From: Ostreococcus lucimarinus
Taxonomy: Eukaryota
Length of the DNA: 64,000 nucleotides
NCBI GenBank assembly: GCA_000092065.1
Contig: CP000586.1
Direction: 5' to 3' (one strand)
A program made the position numbers and the translations under genes. The stretch's first letter is position 1; each line of letters begins with the position of its first letter. The notes under the pieces were generated by a model. It did no database searches and had not been told where the DNA came from. It saw only the letters and a list, made by a program, of their open reading frames with translations. Shown here one piece after another: positions 1 to 8,987 of this stretch.

Positions 1-1814
1 AGAAGGATACGTCCATCGTTTTTGCTCTTCACGATGACGCTCATGCGCTTTCGAGCCGACGTGAACTCCAGCGTGTTGAGAATGGTGTACGTCACGTCCT
101 CCGTCCCCGGTCGCCCGTCATTGAATGCTTCTTCCTCAACCGTGATTGTCGTTGCCGAACGATGCTTGAAGAAGAAGCCGAAGCGCTTTGCCGCGACGAC
201 GAACGCAAGTTCATCCGGGCTCTCCGCCTGATAAACGATTTCAGACGGGACAGGATTTCCTTCAGGAATAACCGTTTGACAAATGCCGAGTACACGGAAA
301 AAACCGCGACAAATGTCAGCGTCTGATCTCTTATGCCACGCTCCGTTCTCAAGTCGCTTATCGCGGAAATTGAACGATGGCTCGATTGCGTCACCATTTT
401 TTGGTGGCAACGGCTCGCCCTTGCGCTGCATGATGGCTCGTTCTATCTCCGTCACACCCTCGCCGTACGCGACGCCAGCGATCGAGCACTTGAAGAACTC
501 CATCGTGTTGCACGTCAGGGTACCAGTCTTATCACTCAGCACGGTGTGTACCATACCGAGCTCTTCATTCAGGTTGGTCGTTCTCGCGAGCGCGGGAGTG
601 TCCGTCTCTTCGTGGTACATCGCTCGATCCTTGTTCAGGAAGACAAATCCTTGGAAAACCTTCACCAACTCCAAAGAAACGTAAAGAGAGATTGGAATAA
701 GATAGCCGTATAGGACGTAGGACGTGAAAAAGGCAATAACACCAACGCTGGTTCTGTTATCCGGATTGAACGTAACATCCTGTAAGTGCACGGCCAAGTA
801 CCAATGGTCCTTCGCGCCGCTACCAATCCAGGCGGAGCAATAAATCGCCGAGGCCGTGCTCATAACGAACAGCGCTATCAACATGGTGATGACGACCCCA
901 TCCATTTGCTTTTCGAGGTGCGAGCGCTTAGACGGGGTATCCGTGGCGTTCATCATAACCTTTGAATCGTGTCCAGTGTACACGCACACGCCGACGATCC
1001 ATTCCGTGTTGCGAAGACTTGAACCTCGCAGCAACATATTTGAAGGATTAAGCGAGACTTTCTTACCGTTCGGGTACAACGGCGCGCCGATGGACAAGTT
1101 TCCAGAGTACGTGTACAAAGAGTTGTTTGGATGCTCGCATTCGATGAACGTCTTTCCCTCGGACATCTTCGCAAACGTTTCGCGATCAAACTTCAAGTCC
1201 GCGACGTCAACCGAACGCTTGGTTTTCAAGTTTGTTTCCCCGTCCAAGTTCTTCGTCTCGACGTAACACGCGTTTTCGTCACTCGAGCTATCGAGCATGA
1301 TGAGGTCGCAAGGGAAAAACTGGTCTCGCACCACGCGCACGATGTTGCCGACCTTCAAGTCGTGCCACTCGCAGTTCTCAAACGACTCCCCGTTAAATCG
1401 TTCAGTCGTCGACGTGTTTTGGACGCGATCTTGCACGTGTCTCTTGTAATCTTCTACCGCTTCCTTAGCCAGCGACAGCCCAATCACCATAGTCAAGGGC
1501 GTCCACGTCGTGTACGGCTGGATCGGCGAGACGGTCGGAAAGAGCGAAATCACCGCCACGGACAAGAAATACAGGTTCGCCACCCGACGAAACTGTTCGT
1601 ACAGCCCCTTCGGCGCGAAAGTCACGACATTGTACTTCCCCGTGCAGATGGAATTATCCTTACACTTAAACTCCTTCGCCAAATCCTTCCCGTCGTTCGG
1701 TTCGCCCGCGCCGAGCACCAATTTGCGCGCCGTCGGCTTTGCCCTTTTCCGTCGCAAACGTTCGACCATCGTCGGCCTGCGCTCCAGCGCCGCCGCTGCG
1801 GTCGTCGGCGCCAT
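1..1814 (-). CDS. P4-type ATPase (phospholipid flippase), N-terminal part; gene runs off the window start. Start ATG at 1812-1814 (minus).
   Basis: Minus-strand translation gives MAPTTAAAALERRPTMVERL...CYVETKNLDGETNLK...DKTGTLT (P-type phosphorylation motif). Uninterrupted from 1814 to position 1. The plus-strand ORFs here (333..713, 1131..2114) are antisense artefacts. Confidence 0.8.
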   Translation of the reverse strand, partial: MAPTTAAAALERRPTMVERLRRKRAKPTARKLVLGAGEPNDGKDLAKEFKCKDNSICTGKYNVVTFAPKGLYEQFRRVANLYFLSVAVISLFPTVSPIQPYTTWTPLTMVIGLSLAKEAVEDYKRHVQDRVQNTSTTERFNGESFENCEWHDLKVGNIVRVVRDQFFPCDLIMLDSSSDENACYVETKNLDGETNLKTKRSVDVADLKFDRETFAKMSEGKTFIECEHPNNSLYTYSGNLSIGAPLYPNGKKVSLNPSNMLLRGSSLRNTEWIVGVCVYTGHDSKVMMNATDTPSKRSHLEKQMDGVVITMLIALFVMSTASAIYCSAWIGSGAKDHWYLAVHLQDVTFNPDNRTSVGVIAFFTSYVLYGYLIPISLYVSLELVKVFQGFVFLNKDRAMYHEETDTPALARTTNLNEELGMVHTVLSDKTGTLTCNTMEFFKCSIAGVAYGEGVTEIERAIMQRKGEPLPPKNGDAIEPSFNFRDKRLENGAWHKRSDADICRGFFRVLGICQTVIPEGNPVPSEIVYQAESPDELAFVVAAKRFGFFFKHRSATTITVEEEAFNDGRPGTEDVTYTILNTLEFTSARKRMSVIVKSKNDGRIL

Positions 1815-2157
1815 CGTCCGCGCGATCGATCTTCCGCGCGATCGTCCTCGCGCGCGGGCGTGCGCGGCGCGATCTCGCGAGCAATTTTTGGCGGTTGGAA
1901 ACGATCGGTCGTTCGATCGGTTCGCGCTCGCGATGCGTCTCGCGTCGCGTCGCGTTCGGGTCGAGGATGCGCGTCGCGAGTCAACGTCGGTATCGATCGA
2001 CGGTGCGATGTCTCGCGCGCGTGCGGCCGCGTCGCGCGACGCGCGAGGGCGGTTGTGAAGTCTCCGGGCCTTCGACGAGTCGTGAACCGCGAAAAAACCG
2101 GTTTGAAAAATTAAATTGGCGACTGCGATTACAACGAAAGCGAGGGCGCGGCGACGA

Positions 2158-5100
2158 CTAGGCGACGCGAGGCGCGCCCTGGGCGTCAAGATTCACCCAG
2201 CTCGCGTCCGCGAGCGGAGCCTTCTCGGATGAACCGATGATGGCGATCGCGGGGGCGACGCCGCGGAGGTGGGCGGCGGCGACGCGAGATAAATCCGCCG
2301 GCGACGCGGCGAGCAACCCGTCGCGGAAACGCTGACGCTCTTCGTCGGTGACGCCGGTTAAGAAACCGGAGTTTCCGCGCGCGCTGGGAGCGAGCGGGGC
2401 GTCGAGTTGCTTGAACGCGCGAAGTTGAGCCTCTTCGAGCTCTTTTGTGGTGATGTTCTCCGAGTTCGTGGCCCATTCGATGGATTTGGTGAAAGTGTCC
2501 AACGTCTCCGTCGTGTTCGGATCGCGGTAGGAGAAGAAGGTGAAGAGCGAGGACATCGGGTCCGAGGCACAACCACCGCCGTAAGCGCCGCCCTTTTCGC
2601 GAATTTCACGGTGAAGGTAGCCCGCGCTCAACGCTTGCGCGAGCAAGAATAATGCCGGAGCGTCGGGGTGGCTGTACGGCAACGCCGGAAGCGCGGCGGA
2701 GCAGTAATTGGTTTGCCCCGGGATGGAGACAAACACCTTGGAAAGCTCGGGTTTGAACGTCTTCAACTTCGTCGCCACGGTGTCCTTGTCGCTCGGACTG
2801 GCGGCAACCGGCTTGATATCTTTCAAGAACTTTGCGAATCGACGTTCGGTGGCGGAAAAGCTTTCTTTTTGGCACGCGATGCGGCATCGCTGTACGCGCT
2901 CGGGGCGAAGCGCGAACGCGGCGATTTCGGCCATCGCGGTTTCAACTTCATCGATCGCGCCTTCCTTGGACAAGCGCGAGACGAGGCCGACGTGAGGCAA
3001 TCCACTCGTTTCGTTCGACAACGCACTCGTGGCGCTGATTTGAGCGCCTGCGAGGTTTCTCGCGTATTGCATGCCTTGCTGTCCAACGGAGGCGCCGAGT
3101 GCGGCGGCACGACGTGTCAACAACAACTTGACGCGCTCTTCTTCCCCTCGCCACTTCGCCGTTTGCAAATCGGTGAGAATATCGAACATCGCGTCGACGT
3201 TGCGTTCGAGCGCGTGACCGCTGATGGACAGCGACATCGTCGGCGTACCTTTGCCGTCGGTGGGAGTACGAACGACGGAGCCGACGGAAAAGCCGCCTGT
3301 GCGAAGCTTGATTTGTTCCGCCAAATCCTTGTACTTCATCTTTTCCGTGCCGAGCTGATCGATGAAATCCATGAACATGTCTAAATAAGGCACCAACCGC
3401 TGCGGAAGACCATCCAGATCAAAGTGCGTGCTAAAGTAGACGACACCGTTGGTCGGTTGCTCGTCGTACTGAAGCGGAATGTTACCGGCGATTTTCATAT
3501 TCTTCGACCCCCAGCGCTTAATGTCTTTCGGCACGGCCTCGGCGACGATCAGGGTGGGTAACACCGATACGTCTTCCTTCTTATCTTGATTCTCTTTGAG
3601 CACGAGCGCGTCGGCGACGATCTTCTTCTTCTGGTCCTCGGTCAACGTCTTTTCGATGCTCTTCAGCTTTGCCTTCTCCGCTTCGTCGAGCTTTTTGTCG
3701 TAATCAGGATCAGTGCGCGCGGTGATCGTGAGACGGTGCGTGTTGTCTAAGAACCACTTTTTGATGAGCTTTTGCCAGTACTGCGGATCCGCGTCGAGCG
3801 CGGCGTTGAGCTTGGCCGCGAGCTCGGGCGTGCGCAACGCGCGCAGCGAGTCGCCGTCGTGCACCCACGTCGAGAAGGCTCCGAAACCGGTGTACAATCC
3901 GAACTGCGTCGTAACCGCCGCGGAGTCGAGTTCGAGCTGGTGCATCACCGCTTCGACGCGCTCGCGCGGGAACCCTTCGCGAGAGATGCGCTCGAGAACG
4001 TCGAGAATAGTCTTTTCAATCTTGTCCATATCCGCGTCGGCGACATCCTTCAAGCCGACGGCGAAGGACGTCTCTCGGCGAGAGCCACCGTAGCCAGTGC
4101 CCGGGGCGAAACCGCTCCCGAGGCCGGGCTCGAGGAGCGCTTCGTAAAGGTACGATTGCGGTCCGCTCGTGAGCAAGTCACTGGCGACGCCCAAGGCGAA
4201 GTTGTCCAACGAAACTGGATCCTCGATTTGGTTCACCATGAGCCACGCGAGAGAGATGAGCGACTGCTTGTTCGCGTCAGCCACCACCGCGTCCGCGGGT
4301 ACGGTGGCTTCGACGCGCTTCGGCGCGGTGAAACGCTTTTCGTCTTCGACGATCAACTTGCTCACGTCGAGTTTATCAAAGCGGTGCAACGCCGAGTCTT
4401 CGATTTGCTGCAAAGTCTCCTCGAGCGGCAAGTCGCCGTACGTGTAAAACTTCGCGTTTGACGGGTGATAATGCAACGCGTGGAACGCCTTGAGCTGTTC
4501 GTACGTCAAGTCGGGAATGTTGACCGGATCTCCACCGCTGTTCCAATGGTACGTGGACGTCGGGAACAAGTTCTCGCCGAGCGCTCTGCCGTATCGCGCG
4601 CTCTGCGACCCCATCGCGCCCTTCATCTCGTTGAACACGATGCCCTTGTAAATCAAATCGCTCGTCGGGTCGTCCATCTTCGCGAACTCGAAGCGGTGAC
4701 CTTCTTGCGAGAAATCCTCCGCGGCGATCTTGGGGAAAAACGCGGCGTCCAAGTAGACGTCGAGCAAGTTTTTGTAATCCACGCGGTTCATCGTCGAAAA
4801 CGGGTAGCACGTGAAATCGCTCGCCGTCATCGCGTTCATGAACGTGCTCAACGATCGTCGCAGCATGTTAAAGAACGGATCTCTCACCGGAAACTTTTCG
4901 CTTCCGCACAACACCGTGTGTTCCAACACGTGCGCCACGCCCGTCGAATCCCGCGGCGTCGTCCGAAACGCCACGTTGAATCCCGCGTTCGAGTCGTCCG
5001 CGCCCACGTGCAGCACCTTCGCCCCCGTCTTCACGTGCTCCAGCTCCACCGCCACGACGTCGTACGGCATCACTCGCTTCGTCGACGTCACCTCGAACGC

Positions 5101-5403
5101 CCCTCCCGCGAGCCTCGTCCCCGGTTTCAAATTTTCCAGCGCGTCGAGCGTCGCCTTCGCGTCCTCGCTCGTCGCCCGTTTCGTCGCCGTCGCCGTCGCG
5201 TTCGCCCCCCCGACCCGTCCCGCCCCGATCGCCGACATCGACGCCGCGCTCGTCCCGACCATCACCTCTCGCCGCGTCGCTCGCGTCGCTCGCGTCGCGT
5301 CTCGTCCTCTTCGCCCGCGTCGTTCGCCGAGTCTCGTCCTCGCGAATCCGCGCGTCGTCGTCGTCGCCGTCGTCGTCGACCGTCGCGCGACCGCTCGAAG
5401 CAT
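2158..5403 (-). CDS. PREP: Presequence protease (M16C pitrilysin family, PreP-like), organellar
   Basis: 1081-aa ORF with the inverted zinc motif HVLEH (VAHVLEHTVLCGS) and M16C-like length. N-terminus is R/T/A-rich and transit-peptide-like. Confidence 0.85.
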   Translation of the reverse strand: MLRAVARRSTTTATTTTRGFARTRLGERRGRRGRDATRATRATRREVMVGTSAASMSAIGAGRVGGANATATATKRATSEDAKATLDALENLKPGTRLAGGAFEVTSTKRVMPYDVVAVELEHVKTGAKVLHVGADDSNAGFNVAFRTTPRDSTGVAHVLEHTVLCGSEKFPVRDPFFNMLRRSLSTFMNAMTASDFTCYPFSTMNRVDYKNLLDVYLDAAFFPKIAAEDFSQEGHRFEFAKMDDPTSDLIYKGIVFNEMKGAMGSQSARYGRALGENLFPTSTYHWNSGGDPVNIPDLTYEQLKAFHALHYHPSNAKFYTYGDLPLEETLQQIEDSALHRFDKLDVSKLIVEDEKRFTAPKRVEATVPADAVVADANKQSLISLAWLMVNQIEDPVSLDNFALGVASDLLTSGPQSYLYEALLEPGLGSGFAPGTGYGGSRRETSFAVGLKDVADADMDKIEKTILDVLERISREGFPRERVEAVMHQLELDSAAVTTQFGLYTGFGAFSTWVHDGDSLRALRTPELAAKLNAALDADPQYWQKLIKKWFLDNTHRLTITARTDPDYDKKLDEAEKAKLKSIEKTLTEDQKKKIVADALVLKENQDKKEDVSVLPTLIVAEAVPKDIKRWGSKNMKIAGNIPLQYDEQPTNGVVYFSTHFDLDGLPQRLVPYLDMFMDFIDQLGTEKMKYKDLAEQIKLRTGGFSVGSVVRTPTDGKGTPTMSLSISGHALERNVDAMFDILTDLQTAKWRGEEERVKLLLTRRAAALGASVGQQGMQYARNLAGAQISATSALSNETSGLPHVGLVSRLSKEGAIDEVETAMAEIAAFALRPERVQRCRIACQKESFSATERRFAKFLKDIKPVAASPSDKDTVATKLKTFKPELSKVFVSIPGQTNYCSAALPALPYSHPDAPALFLLAQALSAGYLHREIREKGGAYGGGCASDPMSSLFTFFSYRDPNTTETLDTFTKSIEWATNSENITTKELEEAQLRAFKQLDAPLAPSARGNSGFLTGVTDEERQRFRDGLLAASPADLSRVAAAHLRGVAPAIAIIGSSEKAPLADASWVNLDAQGAPRVA

Positions 5404-5489
5404 GCACCGCGCGTTCGGCGTCGTCTTCGCGTCGCTCGTCCCTCGTCCGTCGCGCGTTCGTTCCTTCGCGCGCGCGCGCGTCGCCGTGT

Positions 5490-5538
<49 letters not shown>

Positions 5539-5600
5539 TCGTCGCTGTTACGGTTTTTTTTACGCGTCGGCGGCGGTCATCGCGGCATCGCGCGACGCGC

Positions 5601-7457
5601 ATGCGACGCGCGTGGCGGTGCGCGCGCGTCGCGACGCGCGCGATGCCGACGGCGACGACGCGCGCGAGCGGCGCGAGCGTCGCGGCGCGCGCGCAGCGGA
5701 CGACGACGACGACGACGACGGCGGCGGGGACGCGATGGGGACGGACGGGCGGGAGCCAGCGACGGGGGCGCGCGGCGACGGCGCGCGCGCGCGCGGTGGG
5801 GACGGGAACGCCGAGCGTGTGCCCGGGGTGCGGGGTCGGGCTGCAGCGCGAGGACGCGAACGCGCCGGGGTACTACGTGACGCCGAGACGCGCGCTGGAG
5901 GCGGCGGCGGCGGCGGAAGAGAGGAACGACGAGGACGACGCGGAGGAAGCGAGCGAGGCGTTCGAGTTCGAGGACGGCGACGACGATGTGGACGACGACG
6001 CGATCGACGAGACGTACGTGCCGCCGGGGTTCGAGTTGATGGATGAAGAAAACGTGAGCGGGTTGGACGCCGAGGAGGCGGCGGCGCGGTTGGACGCGTT
6101 GAATTCTTTGTTTGACGACGACGAGGACGACGAGGCGACGAAACGACGGGCGAAGAAAAAGCGTGGACCGCCGACGGTGGTGTGCGCGCGGTGCTTCGCG
6201 CTGCGAACGAGCGGACGGGTGAAGAACGCGGCGGCGGAGGTACTGTTGCCGTCGTTCGATTTCGCGCGCGTCGTCGGCGATAGTTTCGAGCGGTTGACGG
6301 GCGAAGGCCGCGCCGTGGTTTTACTCATGGTCGATTTACTGGATTTCGACGGATCGTTTCCGGTGGATGCCATCGACGTCATCGAGCCGTACGTGGAGAA
6401 GGGCGTGGTGGACGTCTTGCTCGTGGCGAACAAGGTGGACTTGATGCCCACGCAGTGCACGCGCACGCGCTTGACTTCGTTCGTGCGACGGCGGTCGAAG
6501 GATTTCGGGCTTTCGCGATGCGCGGGCGTGCACTTGGTGAGCGCCAAAGCGGGGATGGGGGTGGCGATTTTGGCGCAACAGCTCGAAGACATGCTCGATC
6601 GAGGGAAAGAGGTGTACGTCGTCGGCGCGCAAAACGCGGGTAAGAGTTCGTTGATCAACCGCTTGAGTCAAAGGTACGGCGGCCCGGGTGAAGAAGACGG
6701 AGGCCCGATCGCGAGTCCGCTTCCTGGGACGACGCTCGGGATGGTGAAGCTCCCGGCGCTGTTGCCGAACAGTTCAGACGTCTACGACACGCCCGGATTG
6801 TTGCAACCGTTTCAACTCTCTTCGCGATTGAACGGCGATGAGATGAAGGTCGTTTTACCGAACAAGCGTGTCACGCCGCGCACGTATCGCATCGAAGTCG
6901 GTGGCACGATTCACATAGGTGGTTTAGCGCGCATCGACGTCTTGGAATCGCCGCAACGCACGCTATACCTCACCGTGTGGGCGTCGAACAAGGTCGCCAC
7001 GCACTACGCGCGCACGACAAAGGGAGCGGACACGTTTCTCGAGAAGCACGGAGGGACGAAGATGACGCCTCCGATCGGAGAGGCTCGCATGAGACAGTTT
7101 GGCGCGTGGGGGTCACGCGTCGTGAACATCTATGGCGAAGACTGGCAAGCGTCGACGCGAGACATCTCCATCGCCGGGCTCTGTTGGATCGGCGTTGGGT
7201 GCAATGGGAACGCTTCGTTCAAGATTTGGACGCACGAGGGCGTGCAAGTCGTCACTCGCGAAGCGTTAGTTCCCGACATGGCCAAGAGTTTAATGTCGCC
7301 CGGTTTTTCCTTTGAAAACGTCGGCGGCGATTCGTCAAACAAGCGTCCGAACGATCGCGCGAATCGGCAACGCGGTCGAGGCGGCGGCGGCGGCGGCGGC
7401 GGTCGAGGCGGTCGAGGCGGTCGAGGCGGTCGAGGCGGTCGATCGCGGTCGTCATAG
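5601..7457 (+). CDS. NOA1: NOA1/YqeH-type circularly permuted GTPase with a C-terminal RGG-repeat tail
   Basis: CxxC...CxxC zinc knuckle (VCPGCG, VVCARCF). Permuted G-motif order (LVANKVDL before VVGAQNAGKSSLINRL). C-terminal GRGGRGGRGGRGGR tail encoded by a (GGTCGAGGC)n minisatellite at 7376-7445. An alternative start ATG lies at 5643. Confidence 0.75.
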   Translation: MRRAWRCARVATRAMPTATTRASGASVAARAQRTTTTTTTAAGTRWGRTGGSQRRGRAATARARAVGTGTPSVCPGCGVGLQREDANAPGYYVTPRRALEAAAAAEERNDEDDAEEASEAFEFEDGDDDVDDDAIDETYVPPGFELMDEENVSGLDAEEAAARLDALNSLFDDDEDDEATKRRAKKKRGPPTVVCARCFALRTSGRVKNAAAEVLLPSFDFARVVGDSFERLTGEGRAVVLLMVDLLDFDGSFPVDAIDVIEPYVEKGVVDVLLVANKVDLMPTQCTRTRLTSFVRRRSKDFGLSRCAGVHLVSAKAGMGVAILAQQLEDMLDRGKEVYVVGAQNAGKSSLINRLSQRYGGPGEEDGGPIASPLPGTTLGMVKLPALLPNSSDVYDTPGLLQPFQLSSRLNGDEMKVVLPNKRVTPRTYRIEVGGTIHIGGLARIDVLESPQRTLYLTVWASNKVATHYARTTKGADTFLEKHGGTKMTPPIGEARMRQFGAWGSRVVNIYGEDWQASTRDISIAGLCWIGVGCNGNASFKIWTHEGVQVVTREALVPDMAKSLMSPGFSFENVGGDSSNKRPNDRANRQRGRGGGGGGGGRGGRGGRGGRGGRSRSS

Positions 7458-7587
7458 CGGTCAATCAATAAAAGTTGTAGTTTAACCATTCGCGCCCAAA
7501 GTCAACCATCGACAAGGGAAGAGGAACTGACTTTTTCGAGTCAACGAGGGTCCTTCGTCTCGCGCGTAAGACGCCACCTCACGCCTG

Positions 7588-8196
7588 ATGACGTACTGCG
7601 AGTGTTGCGGAGAACAAATTTCGCACATCCCTCGTCCGCGAAAAACACGCGCGAAAAACACGCGCGAGGACGCGTACGTCGCGTTGCCGCGCGACGAGGA
7701 TTATCACATGAGCGGCTATGAATTGAACGACGCCGAAAAAGCGCTTGAGTCTGCGGTGCGCGAGGCGCTCATGGACACGGTGCACCCCAAAGGAGTCGCC
7801 ATGAATCGAGCGCTAGTGACTCTGACGGTGTTCAAGTTTGTGCCGCACCCGCGCGTCGGGCGTTCGTTCAAGGTCGACTGCACACTAGACGCTACCACCG
7901 GAGCGCTGGTCATCCAAAACTTTACGAGACGGAATTTCCTGAAGCTCGCGAGCGATTACGGGAGATTAGATTTTGGACAGACGGCGGTGATCATACGCAC
8001 ATTTTACGCGACGAAAAAGGGCGATCGAGGAATGCCGTACAAGCGCGTGCGCGGCTTCGTCATGTGGTCGAAAGGGCGGAGGCGGCCGGACGGTTCGCGA
8101 GACGTAGCTTTCGGACGAGCGTCCAAGGCGGAGTTAATCGCGTCGTACGCCATGGACCCTCCACCCCCAGCCGAGCGCGTCGAGTTCATCGGCTGA
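7588..8196 (+). CDS. hypothetical protein (202 aa), no family recognised
   Basis: Lower-GC ORF with UTR-like flanks on both sides. Globular-looking sequence. The true start may be an internal Met (MSGYELNDAEK). Confidence 0.4.
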   Translation: MTYCECCGEQISHIPRPRKTRAKNTREDAYVALPRDEDYHMSGYELNDAEKALESAVREALMDTVHPKGVAMNRALVTLTVFKFVPHPRVGRSFKVDCTLDATTGALVIQNFTRRNFLKLASDYGRLDFGQTAVIIRTFYATKKGDRGMPYKRVRGFVMWSKGRRRPDGSRDVAFGRASKAELIASYAMDPPPPAERVEFIG

Positions 8197-8272
8197 TTTT
8201 TAATGTCACGAAATAAGACTCGCCGACTCGATAAATATTACACGCGAAGACGACGGATGCGCCGTAGACGCG

Positions 8273-8926
8273 TCAATCTTCAGATTCCTCTGCGCCCTTT
8301 TCGGCGATGCGTTGATTTTCCTTGATCCTATCCATGAGCTTATCCGCGATCCCGTCCTTCCAATCTCCACTCTCCACCTTCTTCACCTCCACGACTTCGC
8401 CGTTTTCGTCCAACTCCATCTCGCGCTCCAACGACTTCGCCACGCCGAGCACGCTCTTCCCCATCACCGCCGCCGTCACCACGTCCGCGAGCACCAAAAT
8501 CACCCCAAGCTTCCCAAACTTCGTCGCCGTCTTCCCCACGTCCGCCGGTTCGCGCTCTTCGTCCGTCGTCGTCGTCGCCTTTTCCTTCGCCGTCTCGCGT
8601 CTCTTCTCCGCCGCCTCGCGTCGCCACGACTCCGACCCCGCCGCCGCGTCTCCCTTCGCCGACGCCTTGATGATCTCCACGAGATCGACGTCTTCGTCGA
8701 ACGTCGACTGCATCAACCAATCGATCGGCTGGCCCGCCGCGTCGGCGCGCCGCGGCGCCGTCACCGCGAGCGCGCCCGCGAGCGCAATCATCGTCTCGCG
8801 CCGTCCCGTCGCGTCGCACCTCGCGCGCGCGCGCCGTCGCGCGCCGTCGCGCGTCGCGCGCGCACCGCGCGAACGTCGCCGCGTCGCGGTCGCGCCGCTC
8901 GACGCCGTCGCGCGCGTCGCGCGCAT
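8273..8926 (-). CDS. hypothetical small protein with transit-peptide-like N-terminus, one TM helix and an acidic C-terminus
   Basis: The minus ORF 8273..9646 is trimmed to start MRATRATASS at 8926; MIALAG at 8791 is an alternative start. The longer ORF overlaps the Twinkle N-terminus antisense, which is a GC artefact. TM segment FGKLGVILVLADVVTAAVMG. Confidence 0.45.
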   Translation of the reverse strand: MRATRATASSGATATRRRSRGARATRDGARRRARARCDATGRRETMIALAGALAVTAPRRADAAGQPIDWLMQSTFDEDVDLVEIIKASAKGDAAAGSESWRREAAEKRRETAKEKATTTTDEEREPADVGKTATKFGKLGVILVLADVVTAAVMGKSVLGVAKSLEREMELDENGEVVEVKKVESGDWKDGIADKLMDRIKENQRIAEKGAEESED

Positions 8927-8987
8927 GATTTGAATTCGCGCGGGAAAGTGCCGCGCGCGCGACAGTTCGCGACGCGACGACGCGCGC

